Assembly (NCBI RefSeq): GCF_006345805.1 | Contig: NC_043003.1 | Coordinates: 496,001-560,000 of the forward strand | Reading direction: 5' to 3' | Origin: Octopus sinensis | Taxonomy: Eukaryota | DNA: 64,000 bases | In this document: positions 1 to 13,080 of the stretch, in pieces | Layout of the letters: each line of letters opens with the position of its first letter | How positions within the stretch are numbered: position 1 is the first letter of the stretch | Position numbers and translations under genes: made by a program | Notes under the pieces: generated by a model | Database searches by the model: none | Seen by the model: the letters and a program-made list of their open reading frames with translations, nothing else | What the model was told of the DNA's origin: nothing

Positions 1-289
1 CCCTATCTTGGAGTGGGAGGAAGAGAGAGAGGGAGAGTGTGTGCGCTTGTGTGTGTGTGGAACAGCCTATCGTATGTACTAATCTAATTTAGTGCTTACT
101 GCCTGCATAGTTTACCGAAATTGGTAAAGAGAACCATCTAGATTCCAGTCAGCTGAACTTTCATCTGTTTGCACCAACCAACCAATCTGAAGGTTACAGC
201 TGCTTCCTCTGCCCCCCCCCTCACCCCCACCCCTTCTCTCTCTCTTTCTTCCTCTGCCCACACACAATCACTCTTTTGATTCTTCTCAT

Positions 290-346
290 GTGTTCATATA
301 TATATATATATAGATATGTATTTGTATGTATACGTATGTATGTATA

Positions 347-385
<39 letters not shown>

Positions 386-406
386 ATGTGTATGTATGTA
401 TGTGTG

Positions 407-463
<57 letters not shown>

Positions 464-740
464 GTATGTATGTATGTGTATGTATGTATGTATGTGTGTA
501 TGTGTATGTATATATATATATATATTTATACAAATATGTGTGTGTACATGTATGAGTATGTATATATATGTAAATACACATGCACATACACACACATGCA
601 CACACATACATATATAATACAGATATACATATGCACACATATACCAGTGCATATATACATATTTCTGTGTATATGTATATATATATATTTGTGTATATGC
701 ATATATATACATGTGCATCTATCTGTCTATGTATATAAAG
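290..740. repeat. (TA)n/(TG)n/(TATG)n microsatellite field; similar fields at 1455-1825, 45300-45435, 56285-56460 and 61510-61626
   Basis: Read directly; these fields explain the YIYI-type ORFs. Confidence 0.95.
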
Positions 741-1074
741 AACAACTAGATGGGTTTTGTTTTGCATGTACCCAATTTTATCGGTTGAGCACACAATAAA
801 TGTATATATGAAGAATTTGAGGACCTAACATTGGACAGCATCTCCAAAATGCTGCAACCCTGAAAACATCAAATTCCTCTTCTTACTGAGACTCATAAAC
901 TTCACTGCATGTATGGATATATTATACATGTGTATGTGTGTATATATATATATATTATATATATATATATATATATACATACATACAACATATATATATA
1001 TATATATATACATATATATATACAGCTGGATGCCCTTCCTAACGCCAACCACTCTGAGAGTGTAGTGGGTGATT

Positions 1075-1345
1075 TTATGTGCCACCGACACAGGTGCCAG
1101 ATGAGGCTGGCAGACGGTCATGCTCGAATGGTGTTTTTTATGTGCCACCGACACAGGTGCCAGACGAGGCTGGCAGACGGCCACGCTCGGAGGGTGTTTT
1201 TTATGTGCCACCGACACAGGTGCCAGACAAGGCTGGCGAACGGCTACAATCGGATGGTGTTTGTTACGTGCCCACAGCACGGGGCCAGTCGATGCGATAC
1301 TGGCTACGGTCACGTTCGGATGGTTTTCTTATGTGCCACCGGCAC
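1075..1345. repeat. About 4.5 x 63-bp tandem array inside an RTE-related element
   Basis: GCCACCGAC recurs at 1081, 1144 and 1207; degenerate units near 1270 and 1335. Confidence 0.85.
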
Positions 1346-1551
1346 TGTTACCACAAGGATACAAATTCCATTGATATTCATCTATTTGATTTGATTCGAT
1401 TTGACTTGACTTTCACTTGCCTCAACAGGTCTTCACAAGTATCACAAGCAGGAAGGTATGCACCTTCATATATATACATATATATACATACATATATATA
1501 TATATATATTATATATATATAATATATATATAATATATATATTATATATAT

Positions 1552-1641
<90 letters not shown>

Positions 1642-1659
1642 TAATATATATATATATAA

Positions 1660-1714
<55 letters not shown>

Positions 1715-1740
1715 CATATATATATAATATATATATATAT

Positions 1741-1773
<33 letters not shown>

Positions 1774-1783
1774 TATATATATA

Positions 1784-1829
<46 letters not shown>

Positions 1830-1877
1830 TTCACATCTTCTCTGCAATAATTAATACTCAAAACATTTTCTCGCACC

Positions 1878-1924
1878 GTCTCTGATGAAGGGATATATCA
1901 GATATCCCGAAACAGCTGTAAGAC
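1878..1924 (+). ncRNA. Intact minimal type-I hammerhead ribozyme motif (Penelope/retrozyme type)
   Basis: Helix I GTCT(1878-81)/AGAC(1921-24); core CTGATGA(1882-88)+A; helix II GGGATAT/ATATCCC (7 bp, loop ATCAG); GAA(1909-11); palindromic helix III ACAGCTGT; GUA triplet, predicted cut after 1920. Confidence 0.9.
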
Positions 1925-1993
1925 TTTTCTTGATAAATGTTCTGGAAACTATTGACAGCCTTGGATTTTTATCTCATTCTGTCAATTATATAC

Positions 1994-2026
<33 letters not shown>

Positions 2027-4254
2027 ATATATATATATATATATTATATATTATATATATATATATATATACATACATACACATTTAATGTCTGTTGTCC
2101 CATGGTGGCATGGGTTGGACAGTTTGTACGGGCTGGCATGCTGGATGGCTGCACCAGACTGCAGTCTGATTTGGCATGGTTTTCTAGGGTGTATGCCCTT
2201 CCTAACACCAACCACTCCAAGAGTGTAACGGGTGGTTTTACATGCCACCGGCATGGGTGCCATTTATGTGACTCTGGGGCGCAGTTATGTGCCACCAGCA
2301 TGGGTGCCAATTTGTGTGACACCAGTATCTGCCACGACTGAGATTTTGCTCAGTTTGATGGGTCTTCTTCTCAAGCATGACATAGTGCCAAGAGTTGTAA
2401 ACTATTTAAAGAACCCTCTGGTTTTCCAAAGTCTCACATTCCTGTTCCAGTGTATGTTGATTCTATCCTACCACACGAAATGCTCAGCTAAGTTTAAGAA
2501 ATTCACACACACACACACACACATATATATATCATCATCATTATCATCATCATCATCATCATCGTTTAACGTTCGCTTTCCATGCTAGCATGGGTTGGAC
2601 GATTTTGACTGAGGGCTGGCAAACCAGATGGCTGCACCAGGCTCCAATCTTGATTTGGCAGAGTTTCTACAGCTGGATGCGCCTTCCTAACACCAACCGC
2701 TCCGAGAGTGTAGTGGGTGCTTTTTACGTGCCACCTGCATGGGGCCCAGTCAGGTGGTACTGGCAATGACCTCACTTGAATCTTTTTACATATGCCACCA
2801 GCACAGGTGCCAATAAGGCAACGTTGGCATCTGTGCCTCCTCTCCAAGAGAGTGAGAGGGAATGTATATATATATATATATATATATATGATGATGATGA
2901 TGATGATAATGATGAATATGTATATATATAAGTATACATATATAAAGAGATATATTTATTTACATGTAGCAGTAATATTTGTCTCTGTCTAAATAGAGAC
3001 TAAATTATAGTCCTAGAAGCCAGAGAAAATAATCAATTTTGTTGTTTCTAATCCTCCTCCTCCTCCGTAAATTTGTAGCCTTGGGCTGGTATCAGAAACC
3101 ATCATCATTATCTGTGGCATGTGCATAGCAAAATCGGCGGAGCATCTCATAAAATGCCTTGTGGCTCTTTCGATAAACAATTTTACATTCTTGTAAGTGA
3201 ATTTAGCATCATTAATTCAGGTTTAAGACGAGAAGTAATTTTGTCTTGGCATCGTTTCATCCTGCCAAGATTTCTATTTCATAAATGAAGAAGTCTATTT
3301 AATAATTAAACAGGTGTGGCTGTGTGGTTAAGAAGCTTGCTTTACAACCGTGCGGTTTTTAGGTTCCGTCCCACTGCATGGCGCTTTGGGCAAGTGTCTT
3401 CTAGTATAGCGCTGGGCTAGCCAGTTACTTGTCAGTAAATTTGGTAGATGGAGACTATGTGGAATCCCATGTGTGTGTGTGGATTTGGGTGTGTGTGTTG
3501 GTGTTTGTCCCTCACTCCTACTTGACAACCAATGCTGGTTTATTTATGTCCCTGTGACTTAGCCGTTTGGCAAAAGGGACCAATAGAATAAGTACCAGAT
3601 ATAGAAAATAAATACTCAGTGCAGTTTGTTTGACTAAAGCCACTACAGTGGTGCACCAGCATGGCCACAGTCCAATGGTCGAAACAAAACCAAAGCTAAA
3701 GTCTCATGCATATTAAGCAGCCCAACAGCATCCATCTTGGATCTGCTTTGGTTTTCAACCCTCCCAGATTGAAATAAGCACCCATCATGATATCGCAGAA
3801 GGTGACGCTCCAGCATGACCACGGGCCAATGAGTAAATCTAGTAAAAGAATAGAAGAATCCTAATAATGGTAATGAGTGGTGATGCCATGTGAAAAGCAG
3901 TGGTGATGGCGCCTTGCGAAAAAGCACCCACCCCACTCAGTAAATTGGTTGATGTTAGGAAGGGCAGCTACCCCTAGAAACCATGCCAAAACATAGAATG
4001 GAAACGAATGATGATGATGATGATGGTGGTGGTGGTGATTATGATGGTGATGAGGATTATGATGATGATGATGATGATGTCCAATTTAAATGCTAAAAGG
4101 TTAATTTACAAGTTTCCTTTTTGTCTTTGTTTTTTTTTTTACCTCACTTATTTTTCTTTGATTAACAATTTTAACTATATTTTATCCCCATTATTTTGTT
4201 TTTCTATTTTTTTTCTTTCTCACATGAATTTTTGCATGAAATTTGCATGAACAG

Positions 4255-4350
4255 CTCAAACAGAAATGGTTTGGTTAACTCATCTGTCAGAGAGGAACAA
4301 ATCGAAACGCCACAGAAACGTCAACTGAAAGCGAATCGGTTAAGCAGGCT
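4255..4350 (+). CDS. Internal coding exon A (96 nt, phase 2-2) of the ER/K-rich host gene: (S)SNRNGLVNSSVREEQIETPQKRQLKANRLSR(L)
   Basis: T-rich tract then AACAG acceptor (AG 4253-4254) and CT|GTATGT donor at 4351. Only one frame is open. The terminal CT plus the first T of exon B gives CTT (Leu). Less compositionally diagnostic than the other exons. Confidence 0.6.
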
Positions 4351-4881
4351 GTATGTGAATGTAATGTTTTTATTAACCATTTTCTCTACCTTCCTTTTAA
4401 TCCATATTATTGCACAAAAACAAACCAATCTCAAAAACGTGTTTGCTTTCTCAGAAAATCTGTGACTTTTTGATTGTTTAAAGCAGCACTTCTTAAACGT
4501 TTTTCACTCATGACCCCATTTTTCAATTAGATTTTTCGTGACCCCAGGTATTAAATATGTGTTTGGGAAATAATATATAAGCTGAAAAGGCTGCAAGCTG
4601 GCAGAAGCGTTAGCATGCCGGGTGAAATGCTTAGCGGTATTTCGCCCGTTGCTATGTTCTGAGTTCAAATTCTGCCAACGTCGACTTTGCCTTTCATCCT
4701 TTTGGGATTGATGAATTAAGTACTGGTTATGTACTGGGGTCAATCTAATTGACTAGCCCCATTCCTCCAAAGTTTCAGGCCTTGTGGCTTTAGTAGAAAA
4801 GATTCCATGACACAGATTGGGAAGCTCCCTTGTAGGTGGACAATATTCTTAAAGGAATAACATAAGTTTTATTATTTAGAG

Positions 4882-5465
4882 CAATGGTTCTCAACCCTAA
4901 TTCCCCTCGTATGGATCCCTTTGATTCGTATTTTACTCAAAGAGGGGTTCCTTACAGCCTTTTGATGTTTAAAAAATCCTATTATATTTTTATAATTAAA
5001 AATTATCAAGGCAGAGGAGTGGCTATGTGAGAAGAAGCTTGCTTCCCAACGACGTGGTTCTGGGTTCAGTCCCACTGCGTAGCACATTGAGCAAGTGTTG
5101 TCTACTGTAGCCTTGTGCCAAGCCAAGCCTTGTGAGTGGATTTGATAGGCAAAAACTGAAAGAAGCCCGTCGCATCTATATGTATGTATATATTTGTGTG
5201 TCTGTGTTTGTCCCCTCCACCATCACTTGACAACCGATGTTGGTGTGTTTACATCCCTGTAACTTAGCGGTCTGGCAGAAGAGACTGAAAGAATAAGTAC
5301 CAAGCTTACAAAGAATAAGTTCAGGGGTCGATTTTTTTCAACTAGAAAATGGTGCCCCAGCATGGCCGCAGTCAAATGACTGAAACAAGTATAACCAATT
5401 TCTTGGGGATAAATTTTTAACAGTGACCCCTTAAGGGTCATATGGACCCTGGCTGAGAACCACTG
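4882..5465. mobile_element. hAT/Charlie-type MITE interrupted by a SINE
   Basis: TIRs CAATGGTTCTCAACC / GGCTGAGAACCACTG; 8-bp flanks ATTTAGAG / TTTTAGTG; SINE at about 5015-5390 inside. Confidence 0.7.
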
Positions 5466-8400
5466 TTTTAGTGGATAGCTATTGAGTGAGACCTACCATT
5501 TGTGCAGTTTTGAGAATTAAATTTGTGGTTTTTCAGTGGAATATTTGGGTGGGTCATTGATTATAAGCCTTTCATTAACACCTTTGTTGGTTTTAGAAAT
5601 GTTTTTATTTAAATTTAAAAGCTTTTGGTTTGAATTTTATGGGAGACCCTTTTGTTAGGTTTGGTTTGAGACATTTTGGCACAGCTGTTTTGGTGCCTCT
5701 CATTTGGCATCAATTAATTGAATCTGACTTATTTAACATCAGATGTTTTAATGTTTCCCTTATTTTCTCCCTTCCTTCCTCCCTTCCTTCCTCCCTCCCT
5801 CCATCTCTCCACCACTCCCTGCTCAATTAATGAATTGTAATGTGATCTTTGTCTGTCTGTCTGCCTCTCTCTCTCTCTCCTGCCTTCTCTTTTACTCTTT
5901 CTATCTGTATGTGTATATTTCTGTCTGTGTGTGTTGGCATCCAGCACCAAAAGCTGCTAGCCATGCCAGATCATCTGTGCCCAAACAGCTGTGCCTAGTT
6001 GTCCCATTCCATGTTAAGCCCTAAACATCTTCATAATTAAAGAACAATTAGTTTTTACTAAATTACTCCAAATTTTTTAATATTTCCCAAATTAGTTAAA
6101 ACACAAAAATAATGTTATTTCATCAGAAATTTGTTTTGTCATAAGAATTAATTTGTTAAATGTTTTCATTTTTGCATGCATTTTATGAATTTTCATTAAA
6201 TATTTTAACTTTCCAGACAAAAGAGTTGCACTATTTTTGTATTCAGATTCCATTGGGGTCAGAATTTAATTTTTTGTCTTTTGAATGCAAAAACTGATCA
6301 TAGTTGAAGCAAATTTAAATCTTGTAAAAACAAAATGATTTTATCCAATCACTAATGTTGTAAAGCTGAGTTAAGTTTCCCCACCTTTTCATTATCTTTA
6401 CACTGGTTGCTTGTGTATTCCATTTATGTCATAAAGGACCCTAAAGACCCCCAAACAAGAACTTGATTATCATGCAGTTCGATTTCATTTCCATCAAACC
6501 CTGAACATTATGGTCTCAAGTCAAGGTGGTGAGCTGGCAGAAACTTTGGATGAAATACTTAGCAGTATTTTGCCTGTAGCAACATAGTGAGTTCAAATTC
6601 CACTGAGGTCAACTTTGCCTTTCATCCTTTCGAGGTTGATAAATTAAGTACCAGTAAAACGCTGGGGATCAATGTAATCGATTATCCCCCTCCTCCAAAT
6701 TTCAGGCCTTGTCACTATAGTAGAAAGGATTATGGTCTCAAGTCCTATGACCCATGGGGCCAGTTACCCAGTTTCCATGACTGAAATCACAACTTTACCC
6801 ATGGTTTACTCCTGGACAAGCTGCTAGTCCATTTGCAGGGGTTACTCACTTACAGCTGAGTGGACTGGAGCAACAGGGAAATGAAGTGTCTTGCTCAAGA
6901 AGGCAATGTACCACCTAATTTGGGAATTGAAACCACTATCTTGTGATTATAAATGCAATATTCTAAACTTGTTGTTATGCATCTTCTAGAGTCTAGAAAT
7001 TTTATGAGTTTGTTGTTTGTTCTTTCTCAAGCTATGCCTGGCACATAAGGGTCGGTTTCCTGGTTTCCTTGGCGTATAGGTTCCCCACCTGGATGGGACA
7101 CTGGTCCATCGCAGATGAGCTGCAAGATGCAGGAGGAAAGAGTGAGAGAAAGTTGTGGCAAAAGAGTCAGCAGAAGTTCGCCATTACATTCTGCCGGAGC
7201 CGCGTGGAGCTTACTTGTTTCGCTCATGAACACACATATCTCCCAGTCTGAGATTCAAACCCATGATTCCTCGATCGCAAGTCTTGTGCTCTAACCACCA
7301 GGCCATATGCCTCCACTTTACTTTACGAGTTTAGGACTCACAAATTCTGGAAAGACCAACAACTCAGAACTGTCTGAAGAAATCTCGCTAAGCATTTCAT
7401 TTGACATTGCTAACAATCCTGTCAGCTCAAACCCATGAAATTCCAGTTAGCCATCTCCTTATTTTAAGCCATCATTTCATAATAAAACCATCCAATTACC
7501 ATTCTCTCTACTTCCTTTATGAACCACAATGGTCGTGAAATTAGGGTGATGAAGGTCATGAGTTCAAACCCTTTTTATAATATACTGTGTTGGGCCCTTA
7601 AAAGAGCCTAAGTCTTTTTGTTTTAGTTTGTATAAAAAATTTTTAAAAATTGAAGAATTATTGAAGGTGATATCTCTTGTTATTTTTCACCTATTTTTTT
7701 TTCTTTCTCATTTGTAATTCAGTTCCAACTCCTGCAATACAGAACTTTTGTTTTGTATTGTTTAACGATCTATATTACTATATGTTATTGATTTATAGTT
7801 AGAATTGATCTCCTTTTTTATTGATCTCATTATATGTCAGGTATAGTATTATTGATATGTTTTGGGACGAATTCCAGATTATGTAATTTAATTTTCAAAT
7901 GAATGGTTAATAGTTGATTTATTTGGTTTCTTTCTTTTGCATAACTTTATCAAATATGTTGTTTGTGTTTGTAAGTTAATCCTTTCACAAGCATCTCAGA
8001 TTCAGTTATGGTTTCTGAAGCACTAAATATGATGAGAGAAAAAAAAAATCTTCCCCTGGATAGTATGCTAGTCTCTTTCAGTTAATTTTCCCAAAAGTTC
8101 TGAGACACAACCCTGACATCAAGGTGGAGTGAGGCATGTGGAATACAGTGCCTTGCCAATAAAAACAATGGAAATGTTCTTACAGTGAGCATGAACTTTG
8201 CAACTCTGAGTTGGTGAACCAACATTGTTCTTGTATCATCTCTACGTTTCTCAAGCAGCTTCATCCCATCATGGTTTACCAAAGTGAAACCGCCAACAAG
8301 ATGGCAACCAGTGATGTTCTTTTTCTATTTTTTATTACCTTTTACAGAAGGGATTAAGTGTTTTAGTCATGGACACAATTCTATGCTAGTTAAATACCGA

Positions 8401-8472
8401 CAACAAAATCAACCAAAAGTCTCTACTCAAGAATTAAATTGTCAACATTTTTTTATTCCTGGTGGCCTTTGT

Positions 8473-8733
8473 TTAACCCATTCATTGCCGATCATCCGTT
8501 TCAACTGACACTTGATTAATAAAGGTATAAAACAAGCAAATACTTGATACCAATTGTGGTTTGTTTTATGATCTGTATCAAGGAATGAAACATGTTCTTA
8601 ATGTCTACGCTGTCTGCATCAAATGGATTTCAATGAAACTTTTTTTTCAGTTGATATTTAGGTCAAAATAACAGAATCTGTGAATTTTCAGGCAATTTCA
8701 TTCTCTAGAAAAATTTCAGCACGAATGGGTTAA
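8473..8733. mobile_element. piggyBac-like MITE
   Basis: TTAA-CCCATTC..GAATGGG-TTAA termini. Confidence 0.65.
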
Positions 8734-9043
8734 ATGGTTTAAAATATTTAAAGTATTTTGAAATTGAAAAATGGTTACAGAAGAATTCTTCCTGACATAG
8801 TTGCAACAATTTTTAAACAGAAATAATGTTCCAGTTTGTGACAGTTTGATGTGTGATACGTTATGTTTTCTCGGATTTTAAGCTAACACATTGGAAAGAT
8901 TTCCAGATTAATGAGTGCACTCTAACGACTAAAACATGTCGACAAAATGATGAGATTGTAACATATCTTTGATAAAACCATAGTTCTGTTGTTGTCAGCT
9001 GAAGTAGTTTACAAATGGTAAATTGTTAAGATTTCTCCAAACT

Positions 9044-9246
9044 TTAACCTTTTAGCATTCATTTTGCCAAATCTACAGCTTGTTTAGTCCCATTGTTTTT
9101 AATTAATCATCCATTATCTCATACATGGTGTGTTTATTCATATAACATTGTAGGAGAAATGTGAAAGGCCGGATCTGGCCAGTTTGAGCATAAAACAGGT
9201 AGAATATCGGGGCCAGATATGGCTCTCTTAAATGCTAAAGGGTTAA
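9044..9246. mobile_element. piggyBac-like MITE, family 2
   Basis: TTAA-CCTTTTAGCATT..AATGCTAAAGGG-TTAA; related copy in the opposite orientation at 57378-57602. Confidence 0.75.
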
Positions 9247-9532
9247 AACGTTTCCTGCATGATTTTTTTTTTTTATTTAATTTTTTTTCTTCTTTTTTGA
9301 AATTTTCATTTTAAGGGGCAAACCTCCCCTTGAAATATTTTTCAATAATTTTAGTGTGTAGACTGGTTTCTTTTTTTTTTTTGTCTTTTCTATGTCTTTT
9401 CTTTGTTTTTGTCTTTCTTATCATCTTCTCTGTCAAATTTGTATACTTTTTTTTGTTATACTTTCAGGTTTTTTTTTCTGTGTTGTTTTGTTGCTGTTTT
9501 GTTTTAACTTGTGTGTTTCCTCACTAATGCAG

Positions 9533-9619
9533 TGCCGCGGAAGTAAACAGTTTTAATGAAGAGGATGATTATGAACGTAAACGACGGGAACGAAGAGAGG
9601 CTCGTGAAGCCCGGTTAAG
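9533..9619 (+). CDS. Coding exon B (87 nt, phase 2-2): AAEVNSFNEEDDYERKRRERREAREARL(R)
   Basis: Long pyrimidine tract, CACTAAT branch-like motif and TGCAG acceptor (AG 9531-9532). Purine- and CpG-rich E/R codons. Probable donor AG|GCAAGA at 9620 (GC-AG); a weak in-frame alternative CG|GTTAAG lies at 9614. Confidence 0.85.
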
Positions 9620-10519
9620 GCAAGAAAAAAGCCTACAGCTTCCTATTTCTTCCACTTAGAGTAAATAAAACCTGGTGCTAGGAAACGAATGATACGCATC
9701 ATCACTGCATGCCATGTGCATTATATATCAGCATCCTGCTGCAACTGCACATAGCAATGCTATCTAATAAATATGTTAGGAGCAGGTTATTAGAAAATAA
9801 AAAAAAAAAAAACAGAGTAAATGTCTTTTAATTCGAACCATTCCTGTCCAAACAAATATTCATTGTGTTTAAAGTAGGAACAATGTAGAAAATTAGGTTG
9901 AAGAAGAATAATTGAACAGAAACAGGGTAACTCTTAATTGAACTAATTTGTCTCCAAATGTAATTATATAATTATTAGAAATTTACTTAAAATGGGAACT
10001 ATCGTATTATCTAAGTTAGTTTAAATAAAAAAATAACTGAGTTTTAGTTGTTAAATAAAGCTTTGGACTCAGTACAAAAGGAAAGCTCAAATAATAGATA
10101 TATCTTTGTTTACTGAAATACATGCTTGAATCTGCCACAAAAGATACATTAAAGAGTTTCAATGTAAGTTAAGGAGTAGAAGGGTGGCTAAAATCACTGG
10201 CTGAGTTGTTTACTTGTGAAATGATTCTCTAAGAAAAGATGCCTATTTTTCCCTCTTCAGCATTTCTGGGAAAGGGGCCTTTCAAGAGTTTGGTTTTCAA
10301 AGAATCAAATAAACAATTGCATCAGAGAGATTCTTTTATTCCCATCATCAAAACCATGATTAATAACAGTCATTTGTGTATGATGGTAAGACTTAGCTTG
10401 AGAAAATATTACTGGTATTTTAACAGCCAATGAATACCTCTCCTTGACATGCTACTTGCTTGGTAAAACATATTCTTATATGCATGTCTTACACAAGCAG
10501 CTATATATATATATATATA

Positions 10520-10805
10520 ATTAATTAAGGGTAGAAATTGATATTTATCAATTAAGACCAGTGGTCTAGCATATTAAAAAAGAATCCGAAGATTAAAATA
10601 TTTATATATACCAATTAAGGACTGAGCACGAAAAGTGGACAGTCAACATGCTAGATATAGACGTCAAATCGCCATTCACCACAAAAGATTATGTTCTCAG
10701 ATCAAACTCAACATAATCTGAGAACATAATCTTTTGTGGTGAATGGCGATTTGACGTCTATATCTAGCATGTTGACTGTCCACTTTTCGTGCTCAGTCCT
10801 TAATT

Positions 10806-10815
<10 letters not shown>
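10520..10815. mobile_element. TA-embedded element: about 80-bp cap plus perfect 100-bp inverted repeat
   Basis: 10603-10702 pairs with 10716-10815 with no mismatch seen; 13-nt loop; (TA)n on both sides. Confidence 0.85.
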
Positions 10816-10840
<25 letters not shown>

Positions 10841-10974
10841 TTTATGTTCAGTTACAATAAAAACAATTTTGCATTAATCTGGCACTCCATACTTTTGGAG
10901 ACCACTAATTCTCAAGCAAGAATATTATTGACAGTGACTTCAAAGTTTTGGCCAGCTAAGCCATTGTCATTATT

Positions 10975-11015
<41 letters not shown>

Positions 11016-11228
11016 TATATATTTACTGTTACAATGAAGTCAAACCAAATTGTGATATTTTGGAATCATTTAATACGCATATTTCAGATTTGTGTAAAGT
11101 ACAATAGGAAATGCAGCATTACACAAGCCATTCCTCAGTTAAAACATTTTGAAATATAAACTGTTGATGGAAATGCTTCAATATATATATGTATATATAT
11201 ATATATGTGTATATATATGTATTTATAT

Positions 11229-11467
11229 TAAGGGTGGCCCAAAAGTAGGTTTACAGCTATCATGTAGGCACTTTAAATTTCTTTTAAAACATTTTATTAC
11301 ATTTAAATTTCTATGTTACAAACTGAAAAGGGAGCTTGACAAAATTAACTAAATTAACATAGAATAATGGTTTCATATTTTTCTTATAATTAAGATCTAA
11401 AGTGTTAATATATGAATGCGAAAGAGATAGTTGAATAACTGGAGACCTACCTTAGGGCCACTCTGTA
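11229..11467. mobile_element. Tc1/mariner-type MITE
   Basis: TIRs AGGGTGGCCCAAAAGTAGGT / ACCTACCTTAGGGCCACTCTG, flanked by TA. Confidence 0.7.
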
Positions 11468-11656
11468 TATATATATATGATTAGTGCAGTATTGCAACAG
11501 AAGCAGCTATTAAATAAAAACTTTATCAATATAACATACTTGACATATGTGTGTCATTGAAAAGTCAGAAGCTGCGTGTTCCATCCAGGAAAAATCCTGT
11601 TACAGATGTATTGTGTTAAAAAAACACAATGTACTTCAGAGCTAAGGCAAAATGAA

Positions 11657-13080
11657 GTGTGTGTGTGTGTGTTGTAGAGAATCCTGGAAAAGTAGTTTGA
11701 GTGATTAATTAATTGATATCCAAATTCTTGAGATCGATATCATCAGACACAGCCCATTAATGGCATTACATTGTATTCTTCAGCAACACTCTTCACTCAA
11801 CTTGATTCAGTCTTTAAAACTGTAGAATTCATAACAGCTCAGTGATTATGGCACTGTTAGTGCTAGCAAGGCAATCCAATTGCAAAACTTCCAATTCACG
11901 CACACATTTCAGGAACCGCATGTCATAACTGTTATCTCCAGTTCTACAAAACAATCAATAATTAAATCCATCCAAGATTTCTCTTACCATTTCCTTCACT
12001 AGTTTGGTTAAAGATGATGGAATTGCTGTACAGCATCGTCTGCAGTTTCTTCTTTTGCTCATTGTGACTTTCTGGCAAATATAGCAAAAGTGACTGGAGC
12101 TGATCTGGGACATATATATATATATATATATATCAACATGTTCTCAGTATAAATTCACAAATTGAAGACAACTACCAGTGGTTTAGCCATCCTACTCTAG
12201 AAGTTATATTATCAAGCAATATATTACTGGTTTTGGCTTGTAATTGATCAAGATGTAACTGACAGTTTCACACTGACTATTGCACTCGGCAATATTAATG
12301 ACTCCTCAGAGATGATGAGTGAAAGCAGGTCGCCTTTTACAATACCAAACCAATCATGACTGTGTGTGTGTGTGTGTGTTGTAGAGAATCCTGGAAAAGT
12401 AGTTTGAGTGATTAATTAATTGATATCCAAATTCTTGAGATCGATATCATCAGACACAGCCCATTAATGGCATTACATTGTATTCTTCAGCAACACTCTT
12501 CACTCAACTTGATTCAGTCTTTAAAACTGTAGAATTCATAACAGCTCAGTGATTATGGCACTGTTAGTGCTAGCAAGGCAATCCAATTGCAAAACTTCCA
12601 ATTCACGCACACATTTCAGGAACCGCATGTCATAACTGTTATCTCCAGTTCTACAAAACAATCAATAATTAAATCCATCCAAGATTTCTCTTACCATTTC
12701 CTTCACTAGTTTGGTTAAAGATGATGGAATTGCTGTACAGCATCGTCTGCAGTTTCTTCTTTTGCTCATTGTGACTTTCTGGCAAATATAGCAAAAGTGA
12801 CTGGAGCTGATCTGGGACATATATATATATATATATATATCAACATGTTCTCAGTATAAATTCACAAATTGAAGACAACTACCAGTGGTTTAGCCATCCT
12901 ACTCTAGAAGTTATATTATCAAGCAATATATTACTGGTTTTGGCTTGTAATTGATCAAGATGTAACTGACAGTTTCACACTGACTATTGCACTCGGCAAT
13001 ATTAATGACTCCTCAGAGATGATGAGTGAAAGCAGGTCGCCTTTTACAATACCAAACCAATCATGACTGTGTGTGTGTGT
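11657..13080. repeat. Tandem duplication, period 707 bp, bounded by (GT)n
   Basis: GTAGAGAATCC at 11674 and 12381; TCATGAC ends at 12360 and 13067; no differences seen between the copies. Confidence 0.95.

Noticed and set aside
221-2341. Long YIYI/HTHT ORFs, and similar ones at 24208, 45221, 56226 and 61357
   Set aside because: Translations of (TA)n/(CA)n microsatellites and SINE bodies; no splice or codon support.
11690-11755. Minus-strand CTGATGA followed by GATATC repeats (duplicated at about 12400-12460)
   Set aside because: No GAA after the potential stem.
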